A stretch of 64,000 nt of DNA from Laetmonice hystrix. Lineage: Eukaryota. Each line of letters opens with the position of its first letter. Position 1 is the first letter of the stretch. Positions 41,219-55,800 of the stretch are shown here, in pieces. Made by a program: the position numbers and the translations under genes. The DNA is taken from assembly GCA_965235115.1 (NCBI GenBank), contig OZ249436.1, positions 19,222,001 through 19,286,000 of the forward strand, in the 5' to 3' direction. The notes under the pieces were generated by a model. The model made no database searches. It was given only the letters and a program-made list of their open reading frames with translations, and was not told the DNA's origin.

Positions 41219-42097
41219 CTGGAGTCTACACACCCTTGACCTGCCATACCCATCCCCCAAACGTTCTCTTTGGTCGCGACCCTGGCGGATTCTACAGAAA
41301 CACGGCCTGTTCTGAGCTGGAGTCTACACACCCTTGACATGCCACACCCATCCCCCAAACGTTCTCTTTGGTCGCGACCCTGGCGGATTCTACAGAAGCA
41401 GGGCCTGGTCTGAGCTGGAGTCTACACACCCTTGACATGCCACACCCATCCCCCAAACGTTCTCTTTGGTCGCGACCCTGGCGGATTCTACAGAAACAGG
41501 GCCTGTTCTGAGCGGAAGTCTACACACCCTTGACATGCCACATCCATCCCCCAAACGTTCTCTTTGGTCGCGACCCTCGCGGATTCTACAGAAACAGGGC
41601 CTGTTCTGAGCTAGAGTCTACACACCCTTGACATGCCACACCCATCCCCCAAACGTTCTCTTTGGTCGCGACCCTGGCGGATTCTACAGAAACAGGGCCT
41701 GCTCTGAGCTGGAGTCTACACACCCTTGACCTGCCACACCCATCCCCCAAACGTTCTCTTTGGTCGCGACCCTGGCGGATTCTACAGAAACAGGGCCTGT
41801 TCTGAGCTAGAGTCTACACACCCTTGACATGCCACACCCATCCCCCAAACGTTCTCTTTGGTCGCGACCCTGGCGGAGTCTACAGAAACAGGGCCTGTTC
41901 TGAGCTGGAGTCTACACACCCTTGACATGCCACACCCATCCCCCAAACGTTCTCTTTGGTCGCGACCCTGGCGGATTCTACAGAAACAGGGCCTGTTCTG
42001 AGCTAGAGTCTACACACCCTTGACATGCCACACCCATCCCCCAAACGTTCTCTTTGGTCGCGACCCTCGCGGATTCTACAGAAACACGGCCTGTTCT
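41219..42097. repeat. Minisatellite, 98-bp unit, ~9 copies
   Basis: ctggagtctacacaccc recurs at 41219, 41317, 41415. Confidence 0.98.
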
Positions 42098-42184
42098 AAG
42101 GAACCAATCAGATATCTACGCGTCTCTGTTAAACTTTCTGATTGACGGACGATCTCTGGTTTCCATACCCTGAGTGAGAAATAA

Positions 42185-42356
42185 AGAGACAGAGAAGGAC
42201 AGAGAGAGAGGGGAGAGAGAGAGGAGAGAGAAGGAGAGAGAATGAGAGAGGAGAGAGAAGGAGAGGGAGAACAAGAGCGAGAAGAGAGAGAGCGAGAGAG
42301 CCAGAGAAGGAGAGAAAGAAAGAGAGAGAGACAGACTGACAGAGAGACAGATGGAC
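42185..42356. repeat. AG-rich microsatellite
   Basis: Direct reading. Confidence 0.9.
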
Positions 42357-42360
42357 AAAC

Positions 42361-42885
42361 AGCAATGCTTGGTAGTCTGGATGACCTCCTCAGAAACCGT
42401 AATTTCAGCAATGGTTGGTAGCCGGGATGACCACAACGGGAACCGTAATTTGAGCAATGTTTGGTAGCCTGGATGACCACAACGGGAACCGTAATATGAG
42501 CAATGTTTGGTAGCCGGGATGACCACAACGGAAATCGTAATTTCAGCAAAAATTGGGAGCCTGGATGACCTAAACGGGAACCGTAATTTCAGCAAAGTTT
42601 GGTAGCCTGGATGACCTAAACGGGAACCGTAATTTGAGCAATGTTTGGCAGCCTGGATGACCTACACGGGAACCGTAATTTGAGCAATGTTTGGTAGTTA
42701 GGATCACCTACACTGGAACCGTAATTTGAGCAATGTTTGGTAGCCGGGATGACCTAAACGGGAACTGTAATTTGAGCAATGTTTGGCCGTCTGAATGACC
42801 TAAACGGGAACCGTAATTTCAGCAATGTTTGGTGGCCTGGATGACCTAAACGGGAACCGTAATTTCAGCAATGTTTGGTGGCCTG
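42361..42885. repeat. Minisatellite, 46-bp unit, ~11 copies
   Basis: agcaatgtttggtagcctggatgacctaaacgggaaccgtaattt(g/c). Confidence 0.96.
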
Positions 42886-45800
42886 AATGCAGCACTGATC
42901 CTTTCATGTGAGGTGAGACGTATTTACGGTCAATTGCCGTTACATACCGCCGTTTCACCGCAGGCCAGCTGCTGTAAGATACAAGTAATGTCAGATTATG
43001 CAATCAAGGAGAAGATACTATGCACACTATTATCGTCAATCAACATATTGACCATAATAATGTAATAGCTTCTCCCTGTGTAGGTGGTCTCATTATGTAT
43101 TAACAGAAATTTAACCGTTATTTCGTTTGCGCCTTGTTTTATGAAATCAAAGTGATAGATACATCAATTATACAACCTCGGGGCCAGTTTGATTGGTGAA
43201 GGACTCCGGAATATTTGTGAAAAATCGCAATCATGTGGCACGCAACGGGCAAGCATCAGCTGAGGCATAAAGGGATTAGAAGCCAAGCTGGGGTGAGAGG
43301 TTTTGTGTCGGTGATGTTACCCTGCACTCGCCGTCTTGAGTAATACAAGAGACACTCTAGCTAGGTGGTTACTATCTTAGATGGTTCTGTTGTTGGACAG
43401 AGTTCTACTCTTAGATACATTTCCACCTTATCCTTGAGACAACATCAAACATTGCATTCCCCTCTCCTCCCTCCAAGGCTCGGGGGCAGCTCGGCTGACA
43501 AGGTCCTTCTATTTCAAATCTCCTTCGTTGGGATCCCGCCAGGTCATTTCAGCGCCAACCTTGGGCCCAACTGTTGTTCCATTAATTCCATCTGTGCTAG
43601 ATAAGGTTTGGCGGTGGTGGGTGCAGGGGGAGGTGGGTGTCGACGGGCCGGGTGTGGAGGGGAGGCCCCACCGGGAGAGGGCATTTGTCGCAGTCTGACG
43701 ACAGTCCGTCCGTCCGTCCGTCCGAGAGGTAAAAGGGTTGGACGATGGACCCTGTAAATTAATTTGTGTGGTTGGTGGGATGCTACAATCGCTCCCCACC
43801 CCCTCAAGGAAGGATGTCATCTTTTGAGTCAAGTAGGAAACGACATCATATCCCGTGGAATTGAAAGTCCCTGATGTGCTGGCTACTGTGGGCTCCGTTC
43901 TGGCACACTCTGAGGTGGAGTTCCTTCAATGAACACCCTCCCGGATTCAACTGACGCCAAATTGTGTCAACACCAAAACTATACCTGCTGGTTTTAAGAT
44001 CACAAGAACAATTTTGTAGTTTCATCATTGAAGGAGTAAGATTAATTAGAGCTAGAACTAGAGCGAAATATGATATTATGCATTATCATATACCAGAGGT
44101 GGCCAGTCAATGCATCAAGCTGATTACTACAGTGTACACGAAGGCAGCGTTTATTGCTGCCATTAATTTTGTCTCCAAAAATGAGAATCAATCTTGTAAG
44201 AGCAACCCTCAGCTCGACACTTAAAGGTCCCCAAGTTACTCTCCCCCCGTTCCAGTTAGTCAATGTGTACCCACATGTGAAATATGATGTCTCACAGGCG
44301 CTGCAATGTCGAGAAAACCGTGAAAGTGTGCTCCAGCCGGGGTCCCGAGTAAACACTGTCCATGTTATTGTTGTTGAGTTCAAATCTGCCGCTGTCGACA
44401 AGTGGCGCTATGACTGACGTCATTGCATCAACCATCCCATAATACCCCGCTAGGCCGCTTCCGGGGAATGCCCCACCGCCCCACGCCCCGCAACACACGC
44501 TGGGCCATTTCAGTCGATGCTCGCACCTCGGTACGTGGAGGAGCAAACTAGTACTAGTATTGGCTATAGACTATATACTAAGATAAAATATTCATCGCTC
44601 ATCCTCTGCTGAGAAAACGGGGCTTGTTGTAGTGGCTACACTAAAACGGTTGCCAGAGGAGTCTGCTACGCGAGGAGTGTGCTCGGTGTGCTACTCGTTC
44701 TGTGCTACGCGACTCAGCCGAGCTGCCGAGGCCCCGGTGCCCGTTAACACGCGCATAAGGAGGGGTGCTATTTACTCGAACTTTACACTAGCATATAATA
44801 TTTCTATGTTGTAGACTCTAGTCTAAGTCTGATAACGATGCGTAGCGTAGTTCATGAAAAATCGCGAGTTCAAAATGAGTGTGTGCCAGCGGCAGCCTTC
44901 CCACCCGCGGGGCGAACCGTGACGCCGCCGTCCCTCTCAGAGCACTGCCGTTCGTCGGGCTGCCACTCACTGACTCAGTGACACGTTCGGCAGGCGAGGT
45001 GGCGAGGGCCGGGGTGGGGGGTGTCTGTGTGTGTAGGGACCGCAGTAGGGGGCCCGGAGCCCGTTCCCCTAACATGCCTAACCTCCTCTTCGCTGTCCGC
45101 CATTTTCCGCGTGCTCCTCTCGGGAAGTAGATGCAGTCACGTGGTTATGCGCGCGCATAGACGGAATTCCCCCGTTACCCAGCCGAGGCAACATGGCAAA
45201 ATGGCGCGGAGACGCAGGCATGATACTATCATGGTACATCGTCGGTTCTCACAGTAAATCGGGTTGGTTCCACTCAAATTTATTACGATAAGTGCAGGGG
45301 ATCCATATGGGAGGGGTCAACTTCCTGGGGCGAAGAAATAGTGCCACTTTAAAGTAACCTTTAATCAAACCTAGAACAATTTACCTAATCCAGACTGCAT
45401 ACAACACACTGTGAAATACCAGTCTCAGGAATGCATGGATATTATCCTAATACGTCTGCATGAATAATGTGCATGTACATGTCTCGACATGTCTGCGATA
45501 AGTAAATATATAAATAAAATAAACAAACAAAAATTAACCAAAAACACAACAACAAAATTTAGGAAGCTAGTACTGATTAGATGGCGGTTATTTGGCCTAC
45601 AATGATAGCATGCGCTCTTATTACCCCCGACTGTCCTTCATTAGATATGCCGAGACCACGACAGACAAGTACTCATGTTACGGTGTATGATAGTTCATGT
45701 TATACTCTGTGAATACAGATCAGCAATCCCTTCATGTACATGTCAGTGCTCATCTTCTGTCATCAACAATAATTTACTCTATGTATGATCACCTAAATAT

Positions 45801-46418
45801 GTGCACCAACATAATGTCATCAAAATAAATGGTGCTTCTGCTATGATTCCAGAAGAGAATGAATAACCATGTCAGCATATTGAGTATGCTGTCCCGCTTC
45901 GGAAATGGATCGTTGAGTATGTATGTTTGGGCTCATTAATGCGGCAACTTACTTGATTGGTGGCAATCATACACAGTTAGAAACTAATGTGAAAGCACTT
46001 CCGCAGATCTACATTTTGATTGGATCTCATATTGTAGCGGTCATGTGAGCAGGATCTGTCTGCGCATGAGCGCATCCTCCCCCATGTGTAGCGGTTAAAG
46101 TTCCGCCGCCACACACTCCACCAGTGTCCAGTCTGCTCTGTTTATAAGTTTACTAGTATCCACAGGGCGTGAAGAGCAATAACTTTGCAAACCCGGGCGT
46201 GACGTCACACCAGTCTAGCATGACCTCATCGTTCGTTGGAATCTAACTACGTCACAGCCCACATGGGCTCTTCACGCGTCACCTTACGACACTGTTGGGT
46301 GAGAAAAAGGGAATTACGTCACGAAGGTTAAAAAAAGTCTCATAAATTGAAAGAGAAAGGGGGGAGTCGATGAGGGGTTCCTAACGTTTGTAGGGGTAGC
46401 GATGCACGGCCTTGCGGT

Positions 46419-47249
46419 GGCCGACGTCATACGTGCCGATGTCATACGTGCCGACGTCATACTGGTCGACGTCATACTGGTCGACGTCATACTGGCCCTC
46501 GTCATACTGGCCGACGTCATATTGGCCGACGTCATACTGGCCGACGTCATACTGGCCGACGTCATACTAGCCGATACCTACTGGCTGACGTCATACTGGC
46601 CGACGTCATACTTGCCGACGTCATACTGGCCGACGTCATACTGGCCGACGTCATACTGGTCGACGTCATACTGGCCCTCGTCATACTGGCCGACGTCATA
46701 TTGGCCGACGTCATACTGGCCGACGTCATACTGGCCGACGTCATACTAGCCGATACCTACTGGCTGACGTCATACTGGCCGACGTCATACTTGCCGACGT
46801 CATACTGGCCGACGTCATACTGGCCGACGTCATACTGGCCGACGTCATACTAGCCGATGCCTACTGGCCGACGTCATACTGGCCGACGTCATACTTGCCG
46901 ACGTCATACTGGCCGACGTCATACTGGCCGACGTCATACTGGCCGACGTCATACTGGCCGACTCATACTTGCCGACGTCATACTGGGCGACGTCATACTG
47001 GCCGACGTCATACTAGCCGATGCCTACTGGCCGACGTCATACTGGCCGACGTCATACTTGCCGACGTCATACTGGCCGACGTCATACTGGCCGACGTCAT
47101 ACTGGCCGACGTCATACTGGCCGATGTCATACGTGCCGACGTCATACTGGTCGACGTCAAAGTGGCCCTCGTCAAACTGGCCGACGTCATACTGGCCGAC
47201 GTCATACTGGCCGACGTCATACTGGCCGACGTCATAAAGGCCGACGTCA
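46419..47249. repeat. CpG-rich 15-bp minisatellite, ~55 copies, with higher-order structure
   Basis: ggccgacgtcatact tandem; variant tagccgat(a/g)cctac punctuates the array four times. Confidence 0.98.
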
Positions 47250-48070
47250 CACTGCCTGCTATTGGTTCTCCACCCTCTGTCGCCTGCTATGGGTTCCCAA
47301 ATCCATGTCTCCCTACTATAAGTTCCCAAATCTTTGTAAATAAAGCTGGAAGACGGCCAGTCGGCCGCTCCCCCCTCCTGTCGCAAACCCATGCTGAATT
47401 CGGCCTGTCGAATTCAATTTGGACTGTTCAGGGAGGCCTGGATGCAAACAATACCACGCGAGTACCCACCGTAATGCAGTATAAATTAAATTGTATCCCG
47501 CACTCAGTCCTTGGACGTTTGCGCTCGTGTTTCATCCGGGTAAATTGACTATGAACACCAGACAAAACGTGTTTGGCCGCCGGCAGCGTGCTGCCCCAAC
47601 TCGGCCACCCTGATACCTAATTACGACCCCATAAATACGGTTTAACACCATTGGAAATTATTGACTACTCCAAGGAAAGAACGACGTTACTTTGTTATGG
47701 CCTCGAAGAAGGAGAGAGGAAGGGAGAAAAAGTCGAGACGTATGCATTAGAGTAAATGTGTATTGACGATAGTGGCAGTGGACTAGAATCACAGCCGCCG
47801 GGAAGGCGTCTACCAGCGTCCGAGAATGACGTCTGAACGTTACGTTACGAGCGTCTCCGCCATCGTGCGTGACCTATCGTCATTGGGCGACCGCCATCAC
47901 GTGACAGATTCAACACGCCGTCTACAATCGATCCATTATCGCCCGGTGAAGACACCCGCACAATTCGTTTTGACGTAACCCAAACGTCTGATTTTCGACA
48001 TTAAAAAACCCACATCGGATACGGGTCTCGTGTGTCAGTTATTTTTACAAACCTACCGGTAGCCATACTG

Positions 48071-48359
48071 ACACGTTTTGGTGGACACGTTTTAGTGAAC
48101 ACGTTTTGGTGGACACATTTGGTGGACACGTTTTGGTGGACACGTTTTGGTGGACACGTTTTGGTGGACACGTTTGGTGGACACGTTTTGGTAGACACGT
48201 TTGGTAGACACTTTGGTGGACATGTTTGGTGGACACGTTTTGGTGGACACGTTTTGGTGGACACGTTTGGTGGACACGTTTTGGTGGACACGTTTTGGTG
48301 GACACGTTTGGTGGACACGTTTTGGTGGACACGTTTGGTGGACAAGTTTTGGTGGACAC
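48071..48359. repeat. 13-14-bp minisatellite
   Basis: acacgttt(t)ggtgg tandem. Confidence 0.97.
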
Positions 48360-48612
48360 TGTGGTCGGAGCCGACGACAGAGAGACGGGACCCGATCTGC
48401 GAGTGACTGCCGCCGATAACGGAAGGCGTTATGGGTCGACCAGCGTTTATTCTCACCTATATTAGATCAGGCCTCAGAGGTTATGGATTACCTCACACTC
48501 TCATGATCCCCGGGGGGTTGTAAGCAGGCTGCGTCCTCGATAATCACCTTCAAATGAGAATTAAATAGAGGGAAGTAATCTCCTCCCTATCGACGGAGAA
48601 TCTATAAACTGA

Positions 48613-49020
48613 GGTTGTTCGCAGGTTATAAAAACTAGAGTTGTTCGCAGGTTATAGAAACTAGGGCTGTTCGCAGGTTATAGAAACTAGGGCTGTTCGC
48701 AGATCATAGAAACTAGGGCTGTTCGCAGGTTATAGAAACTAGGGCTGTTCGCAGGTTATAGAAACTAGGGCTGTTCGCAGGTTATAAAAACTAGGGTTGT
48801 TCGCAGGTTATAGAAACTAGGGTTGTTCGCAGCTCATAGAAACTAGGGCTGTTCGTAGGTCATAGAAACTAGGGTTGTTCGTAGCTCATAGAAACTAGGG
48901 TTGTTCGTAGCTCATAGAAACCAGGGTTGTTCGCAGGTTATAGAAACTAGGGTTGTTCGTAGGTCATAGAAACTAGGGTTGTTCGTAGGTCATAGAAACC
49001 AGGGTTGTTCGTAGGTCATA
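48613..49020. repeat. Minisatellite, 26-bp unit, ~16 copies
   Basis: ctaggg(c/t)tgttcgcaggttatagaaa; ctag at 48661 and 48687. Confidence 0.97.
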
Positions 49021-51899
49021 TGTACGGGAACCGTCCGCAAGTCATAGAAATTAGGACCGTCTGCAGACCATATAAACTGGGACCATTCGCCACCACCACT
49101 ACCACTACCACTACTAATACTTCTGCTAAGTACAACACTAAATATATGTTGTATCAGGGATCAAGGTTGACTGGTTGTGTGCCAAGACCGTCCGATAGAT
49201 GGCATGGCAGTGCCTGCAATATGTAAACATGTTTCGATTGTGTAGGTCCAAAAACTGCATTACTTTAGATTACCAATCCCCGGGGGCAACCGGAATGCTT
49301 TAGTGAGACTCCATTTACTAAAAGGACTTAGGAGTCACATTAAGACCTAATATTCTGGTGCTTCATTTCCTAAAAAGAGCCCTGATGAGAGTGACTGTAT
49401 AGGTCATCGATTTCTCGGGGGTAGGCCTAATCAGTGGGCCCTGTAACGAGGATGTTACACCTATGGGAACCTGTATACGTCGGAAGAATTGACATGACGA
49501 CAACTACAACTATACTTGAATGGGATGTCTTCACGACCCTGGATGACGAACATGGATGACGTTTTACTCGAACCAACAGATGGCGTTATGACAAGGAATG
49601 ACCTGTACACGTCCGGTAGATGGCACTGTCATCGTCTCGATTCACGAGGTGGTGAGAGTCAGAATTTGGGGTTACCCGAAACAATACATTCAATCTTACC
49701 TTACCAAAACCAATCTGTATTAAACCCCCACACAGTACCTGATACTTTTCTACACTCTACACACAGCTTTCCGTCCACCGGATGCGAGTTTCAAGCCTTA
49801 CAGCTCCTTTGTGCTGTTTTGAAATCACCTTTAAACTCAGACGTTTTTTAGTACAGGCAGGTGGCGAAGCCCCAAATAACTGGAGTGGTGCCACGTCAGA
49901 CACGCTGGTTCGTGTGATTTCAACTGTGACTCGTAAAGAAGTAACTCGACATGCAGGAGTTCCAGTTTAACATCAGACCTCCATTTGGGTCGTCTGACTC
50001 CCGACTTGTGTTACAAAGTGTGGCTAACGAAATTAAGGGCACCTTTTTATCGGTGCCAAGTTGAAGGTAACACGACGTGCTCAGAAGAAAATGAACGACC
50101 AGTTGTCCCTGGAGAGTTACTGTAAGGGTTATTATCTCGGGGTAAAATCCGTAAGAAATAAGATGTCGGGATTACAAACTTCTGTTACCGTGAGGGATCT
50201 ACCTCCGGACAGAGAGAAGTGAGATGGTTGTTCTTATACAGGCATATGAAGTATACATAAATGTAAAGTAAAATGGTGGAGCTAGGCCTATCCCAGTTAC
50301 CAAAACTACCAGTGCCCCATAGACATATTTGTCTATCTGGATCTTTAATTATGCTCAAAGCTGTCAAGATTTTATAGTACCAGGGCTCGTCTACTCTGGT
50401 ATACGATCATGTTACTTGTCTGCTCACTTCACAGAACATTTATACGCCTGCCTAAGTATACACGTCAAATGATGAGTGAATTGGCTGGGAAATAACCCTG
50501 ACTATATCAGGCACAATATGTGTTGGAAGAAGGTTTTAATCCATAATTTATACGACTTTCTTTAAATTAAGGTATTTTGGGTTAAATTACGCCCATTTTA
50601 ACAGCGACGGGCCAATCACAATGCTCACTTCGATTCACCAGGATCTATAATTATACGTAGTCAATGTAGACCTGAGGACCAGGCCACGACCTTCCTATAT
50701 AGTCTCAATATACCAGCCCCCTTTCCCCGCTAGAGGCCGCTTGTCGCTCAAAAAAGGGTCTGGTCGCAAACCCGGTATCTAGGTTACACGAACGCAAGTT
50801 ATATATTAAGTTTCAATTTTTTTCTAGGTGGGGGAGTATTTACCTGACCCCGTACCATAGCTTTGCAGCTCCTGTGGTTGCAGGCATTTCATTGCACCCA
50901 TACTTTCCTAAAAGCTAACTACACACCTGATGGGTAAATATATACGTACGGTATAGACCGACATGGACCTGCTCGATGTTTCATGCAGGGATAGCGAGGC
51001 TACTTACATTTATTCACACATCAGTGAGTCGCAAACCAAAAGACCCAACAATAGAGCGTCTAACAATAGTCTATCCCTACGACTGGCACTCTTATTTGCA
51101 TATCAAATAGGTATCAAGAATTGCACACGTGACTGTGGAGAGGGCGCTCTGCTGGGTGCTTTTCAAAATATCTGTTATGTTCACTAAAACAAATTTTACA
51201 GACGTAAAATATCTATCAAAATTAGATTTTATCTTTACGTAAGACCTGCAGTAGGTCTATACTTGAATACTTTTAATTTCGGCGAAACTTTGTTTTTGTC
51301 CTAGCAGAACGTTGGCTGTATGTGCACACCCTTTCTGTGGTCCTCGACCTGGAGGGGATATAAAGCGATTAGCACCTCTGTAGAAATGTAGGGAACTGCG
51401 AGGCACCGGTCTCTACGTTCGGTCGTAGTCTGGAAACAGGCGCTGTTGAAACCCTGACAGTACGAAGAGGTCGGCCCGGTTGATATGTGTCCACTTGGAG
51501 AGGTGAGGGTGTAACTTGACGATACGTGTGACACAACTCTTCTAAAGGGATGTAGCAATACAACCCGTACCCCGTCAGTGGGCTCAATCTGCGGCAAGGT
51601 TTCAAATCAGTTGACTCTCAATGGGCGATCGTGTGTTCTCCAGACGTCAGATCTTCGAACGGTAGGACTTGGACCAACCGCCTCAAGAACCAGTTCCCCT
51701 TTTTTAGGTACTCTCTATTTTTAGTTACTCTCAGCTCGATACAAATGATAGTAAAAAGTATCCTGAGACACTCTAGCCCCAGAACCTGATTCCTCCGTGA
51801 TCATATCGGTAGTTGGAATAGCTCGCAATACGCAGAGGATTTGACCCAAGCTTCTGATTCCCGATTCTATGTGGCATAAATCGAATATAATTTTAAAAC

Positions 51900-51978
51900 T
51901 ATATCTTGATATGTATCGTATCGTTTACGTATCGTGATACGTATCATATCGTGGCACGAGTGTATCGTTTCAGCCCTA
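51900..51978. mobile_element. hAT-like terminal remnant
   Basis: Subterminal tatcg repeats ending in ...tatcgtttcagcccta (TAGGGCTG-type terminus); partner end not found. Confidence 0.45.
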
Positions 51979-52483
51979 AAAATCCCATGAAAAAAAGGAT
52001 CACCTAACTTTGTTTTACAAAATGCCATATTCTTTAATCGATCTCTTGCTGACCGGCAGAAGACAATGCCTTTAGAAGGTGTTCCAATAGCTTGCCCCTG
52101 ATCTGAACACGTTGGACGTACGCTGGCCACGGTAAAACTGCACTTCACACGGAAGGTCAATAGAAAACAACCACTCGTGCCATTTTATTGCCCAATAGAA
52201 TTAGCCAAACAGTTGGAAATGAAAGGAGATCCTGTGAAGAGTGTTGAATTGTGGGTGGTGGCGTGGCGGGGGTTGTGGATCCTCCCACGGGGAGAAGACA
52301 AAGTTCAGACAGGCCAGGGGAGATCGGTCAAGCAAGAGCCTGCCGATAAATTTATCATCTAAAGTGGTCGGACAAAGGAAGGAACGGTACAGTCATGATG
52401 TTGGAAGGTGTGCTACAAAATGATAGGGCTATAACAAAGTTGAGGATATAACCAACTAAAATGTGATTAATACCTATACTATA

Positions 52484-52517
52484 TATTAGCCCGTATACAA
52501 AAGTATACGGGCTAATA
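52484..52517. other. Perfect 34-bp hairpin
   Basis: tattagcccgtatac-aaaa-gtatacgggctaata. Confidence 0.9.
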
Positions 52518-53768
52518 AACACAAGGTAAGATATAAGGACATAGATGTGTACGTGTCTGTGCGAGACTGCCCATGTCTGGCCTAACTATAACACTGGTTG
52601 AGTGGGCGCGGTTCCCCGCTAATATTGCCCCTAATTCCTGACCAAGATATGACGTTGAATTTGTCTACAAGATGTACTACTATCCGTCCTTGCCTAACGC
52701 CCGCCATCTGCCGGCAGAAGGTTGAAGTAACGACGAGCCTCTGACTGTCCCTCAATATATCAACTACCTCCCATGATCTCGCAGACAACCAAAACACTTT
52801 AGGAAAGTTTTCCTTTTGCTGAAGCCGTTTTCGACCCAGCGGGAGCGAGTGTGACCAACGGACCGTGCTGACATGGTAACCACCTGGCGTGCTCAGTCAT
52901 GTGTGACTGTATTTGTCCGAAAAAATAACGCCCACACTGTCCGAGGCGATTGTCGACGTGTTCCGATTGGAAATAGGCATACACAAGGCCTAAAAATATA
53001 ATGTTAAAATGTTTTTGTCCTTGACATCAACAGGCAGGTGTGAGGGGTGACCTAATTCCAGTGGCCCGGTCAAGGGTCACCCGAAAACAGAGTTACCGAT
53101 GGTCCAATAAATGGGTGTTCATCCCAAGGGGTTTCAATGGACACAGGCCATCGGTCAATGTCGGCCTCTACCCCGGTCACTCGACCCGTTACAACGGTCG
53201 GGTCTGCAGCGACGGCACCGCCGCCTAGCGGGACGGAACAAAACTAGATATGACTGCGAACTATAGTCAAAAGGTGTCAGAAACTTCAACTGTGTGATGT
53301 GATCACAGTATACATAATAATATTGTCTTTTCATACGGCTACAAAGAGTCAGCGAAGACAAATAATTAGATACTTCCAATATGTTATATATTTCGGAAGT
53401 TAATGATTTTGACCTTGGAAGCCATGGTCTCATGCACTCTGAATATTGCAGAAAGCTGCATACATGAGGCACACGAACAAACAACATATATATCTTGCCC
53501 TTACAATATGGCTTGTGCCTGGAGTCTAATGAGTCTCAGGAGAAGATTCCTTGCCGACGCAAGTGACTACACATCTATGGTATGAACTAGGTACAATGAC
53601 AGAATAAGCTATCAATGACAAGTAGTTATAATACAGTGGTACGTATCTATATCCTCGACCTTGTATAGACCGCCAGGTCTACCTCATTAAGACCCGTCCC
53701 GGGTTTAAATCCCACCTGAATTGTTCATCATATACCCGAAACATTCATCTATAGAACCCGGTGTATAC

Positions 53769-54646
53769 TGTCATACATGTCCTGGACTGGTTACAATTGG
53801 CGGCAACTCGGTGTCATACATGTATACTGGACTGGTTACGGGATACATTGGCGGCAACTCGGTGTCATACATGTACTGGACTGGTTACGGGATACATTGG
53901 CGGCAACTCGGTGTCATACATGTACTGGACTGGTTACGGTATACATTGGCGGCAACTCGGTGTCATACATGTACTGGACTGGTTACGGGATACATTGGCG
54001 GCAACTCGGTGTCATACATGTACTGGACTGGTTACGGTATACATTGGCGGCAACTCGGTGTCATACATGTACTGGACTGGTTACGGGATACATTGGCGGC
54101 AACTCGGTGTCATACATGTACTGGACTGGTTACGGTATACATTGGCGGCAACTCGGTGTCATACATGTACTGGACTGGTTACGGTATACATTGGCGGCAA
54201 CTCGGTGTCATACATGTACTGGACTGGTTACGGGATACATTGGCGGCAACTCGGTGTCATACATGTACTGGACTGGTTACGGTATACATTGGCGGCAACT
54301 CGGTGTCATACATGTACTGGACTGGTTACGGGATACATTGGCGGCAACTCGGTGTCATACATGTACTGGACTGGTTACGGGATACATTGGCGGCAACTCG
54401 GTGTCATACATGTACTGGACTGGTTACGGTATACATTGGCGGCAACTCGGTGTCATACATGTACTGGACTGGTTACGGTATACATTGGCGGCAACTCGGT
54501 GTCATACATGTACTGGACTGGTTACGGTATACATTGGCGGCAACTCGGTGTCATACATGTACTGGACTGGTTACGGGATACATTGGCGGCAACTCGGTGT
54601 CATACATGTACTGGACTGGTTACGGGATACATTGGCGGCAACTCGG
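53769..54646. repeat. Minisatellite, 49-bp unit, ~18 copies
   Basis: tgtcatacatgtactggactggttacgg(g/t)atacattggcggcaactcgg. Confidence 0.98.
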
Positions 54647-55683
54647 AGTCACCTGTCAGAATGTTTGTCATTTATTTACCGAATCCATTTGGAGTTTATG
54701 ATGAGGTAGAGGGTAGTAGCGATACACCGACAGGCCGAGATACGATGACCTTGACAAGTGGCAGGGGTTGTTTACCGTACAAACCCTACTTTTTAAAACT
54801 TTGTACCCCAAGATAAACATGCTTGTCACATATACATTATAGATTCAAATAGAATGCCCCCTCCACCGTCCACACAAAACACGCGTGCTCGGAAGAACTG
54901 AATGCTGGCATGTGTCACAGTGCACTATAAATAGGGAGGGGGGGGGGGGGTTAGGAGGAACGGATGAATGGAGGCTGCACATTGCTCAGCTAGTGCAAGT
55001 ACAAAAAAGACGCTTGGTTGAAGCAAAAGCTCTTTTTATGCACTTCCCCTGTCGAAGAGTCTAAATGCGGGCTTTTATCTATTGCCACAAAAATCAGACG
55101 AGTTGACAGTAAGTTGGAATCTGAGCGTACTTTAAAGGAATCATGTCACCCTGGTTGAGCGTTCCGGGAAGCCAGTTCGGCCTGGTTTCACGCTTACCTC
55201 GTCAAAATCTATGCACCTTCTGTCCCGAGGATACTTCCTAGGGTTAATATACATTCTGTATTGTAAACAGACAGCAGCCAAATGCACTGTCACCTTTACA
55301 TTTCACATTTCTTGTCGAGAACACTCAAAACCAACGCTGCCTTCCGCCATCGGGAATGTCTGACCTGCAGGCATAACGTTGCAACGGGTGAGATGATCAC
55401 GTGATTGCGGCTATAGTCTCGCGTTCTGTGAAAAGGGTGTAAAGTCGCCCGGCCAAAACTCTATCGCGTAGGTGCGCTGCAGGTCTAGAAAAAGACGCGC
55501 GTCATTTAAGTGTCATGATTCCAGAGCCATGCAGCCACCACAGACTTGGCGGATTGGCGAACAGATGGTACATCCTGTCAGCAACTGTTTACCATCTCCA
55601 AGGACTTTTGCCGGAGATTATGATGAAATGACACAGGAGAAACCTGCAGACCCCAACTATACGCCCTACACTCATCGCGCGCG

Positions 55684-55720
55684 ACAGAGATAGAGATAGA
55701 GAGATAGAGATGGGGGGAGG

Positions 55721-55787
<67 letters not shown>

Positions 55788-55800
55788 AGAGGAGAGAGAG
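55684..55800. repeat. (AG)n microsatellite
   Basis: Direct reading. Confidence 0.97.

Noticed and set aside
43509..44546. Cluster of minus-strand ORFs
   Set aside because: Different frames, no consistent splice structure, no recognisable homology
46167..46277. 11-bp inverted repeat pair (gcgtgaagagc / gctcttcacgc)
   Set aside because: Too short and lacks a TSD, so it cannot be called an element
12202..54816. Long ORFs within arrays (e.g. 18251-19381, 31092-31824, 46895-47548, 53721-54816)
   Set aside because: They are translations of stop-poor tandem repeats, open in several frames, with no unique domain
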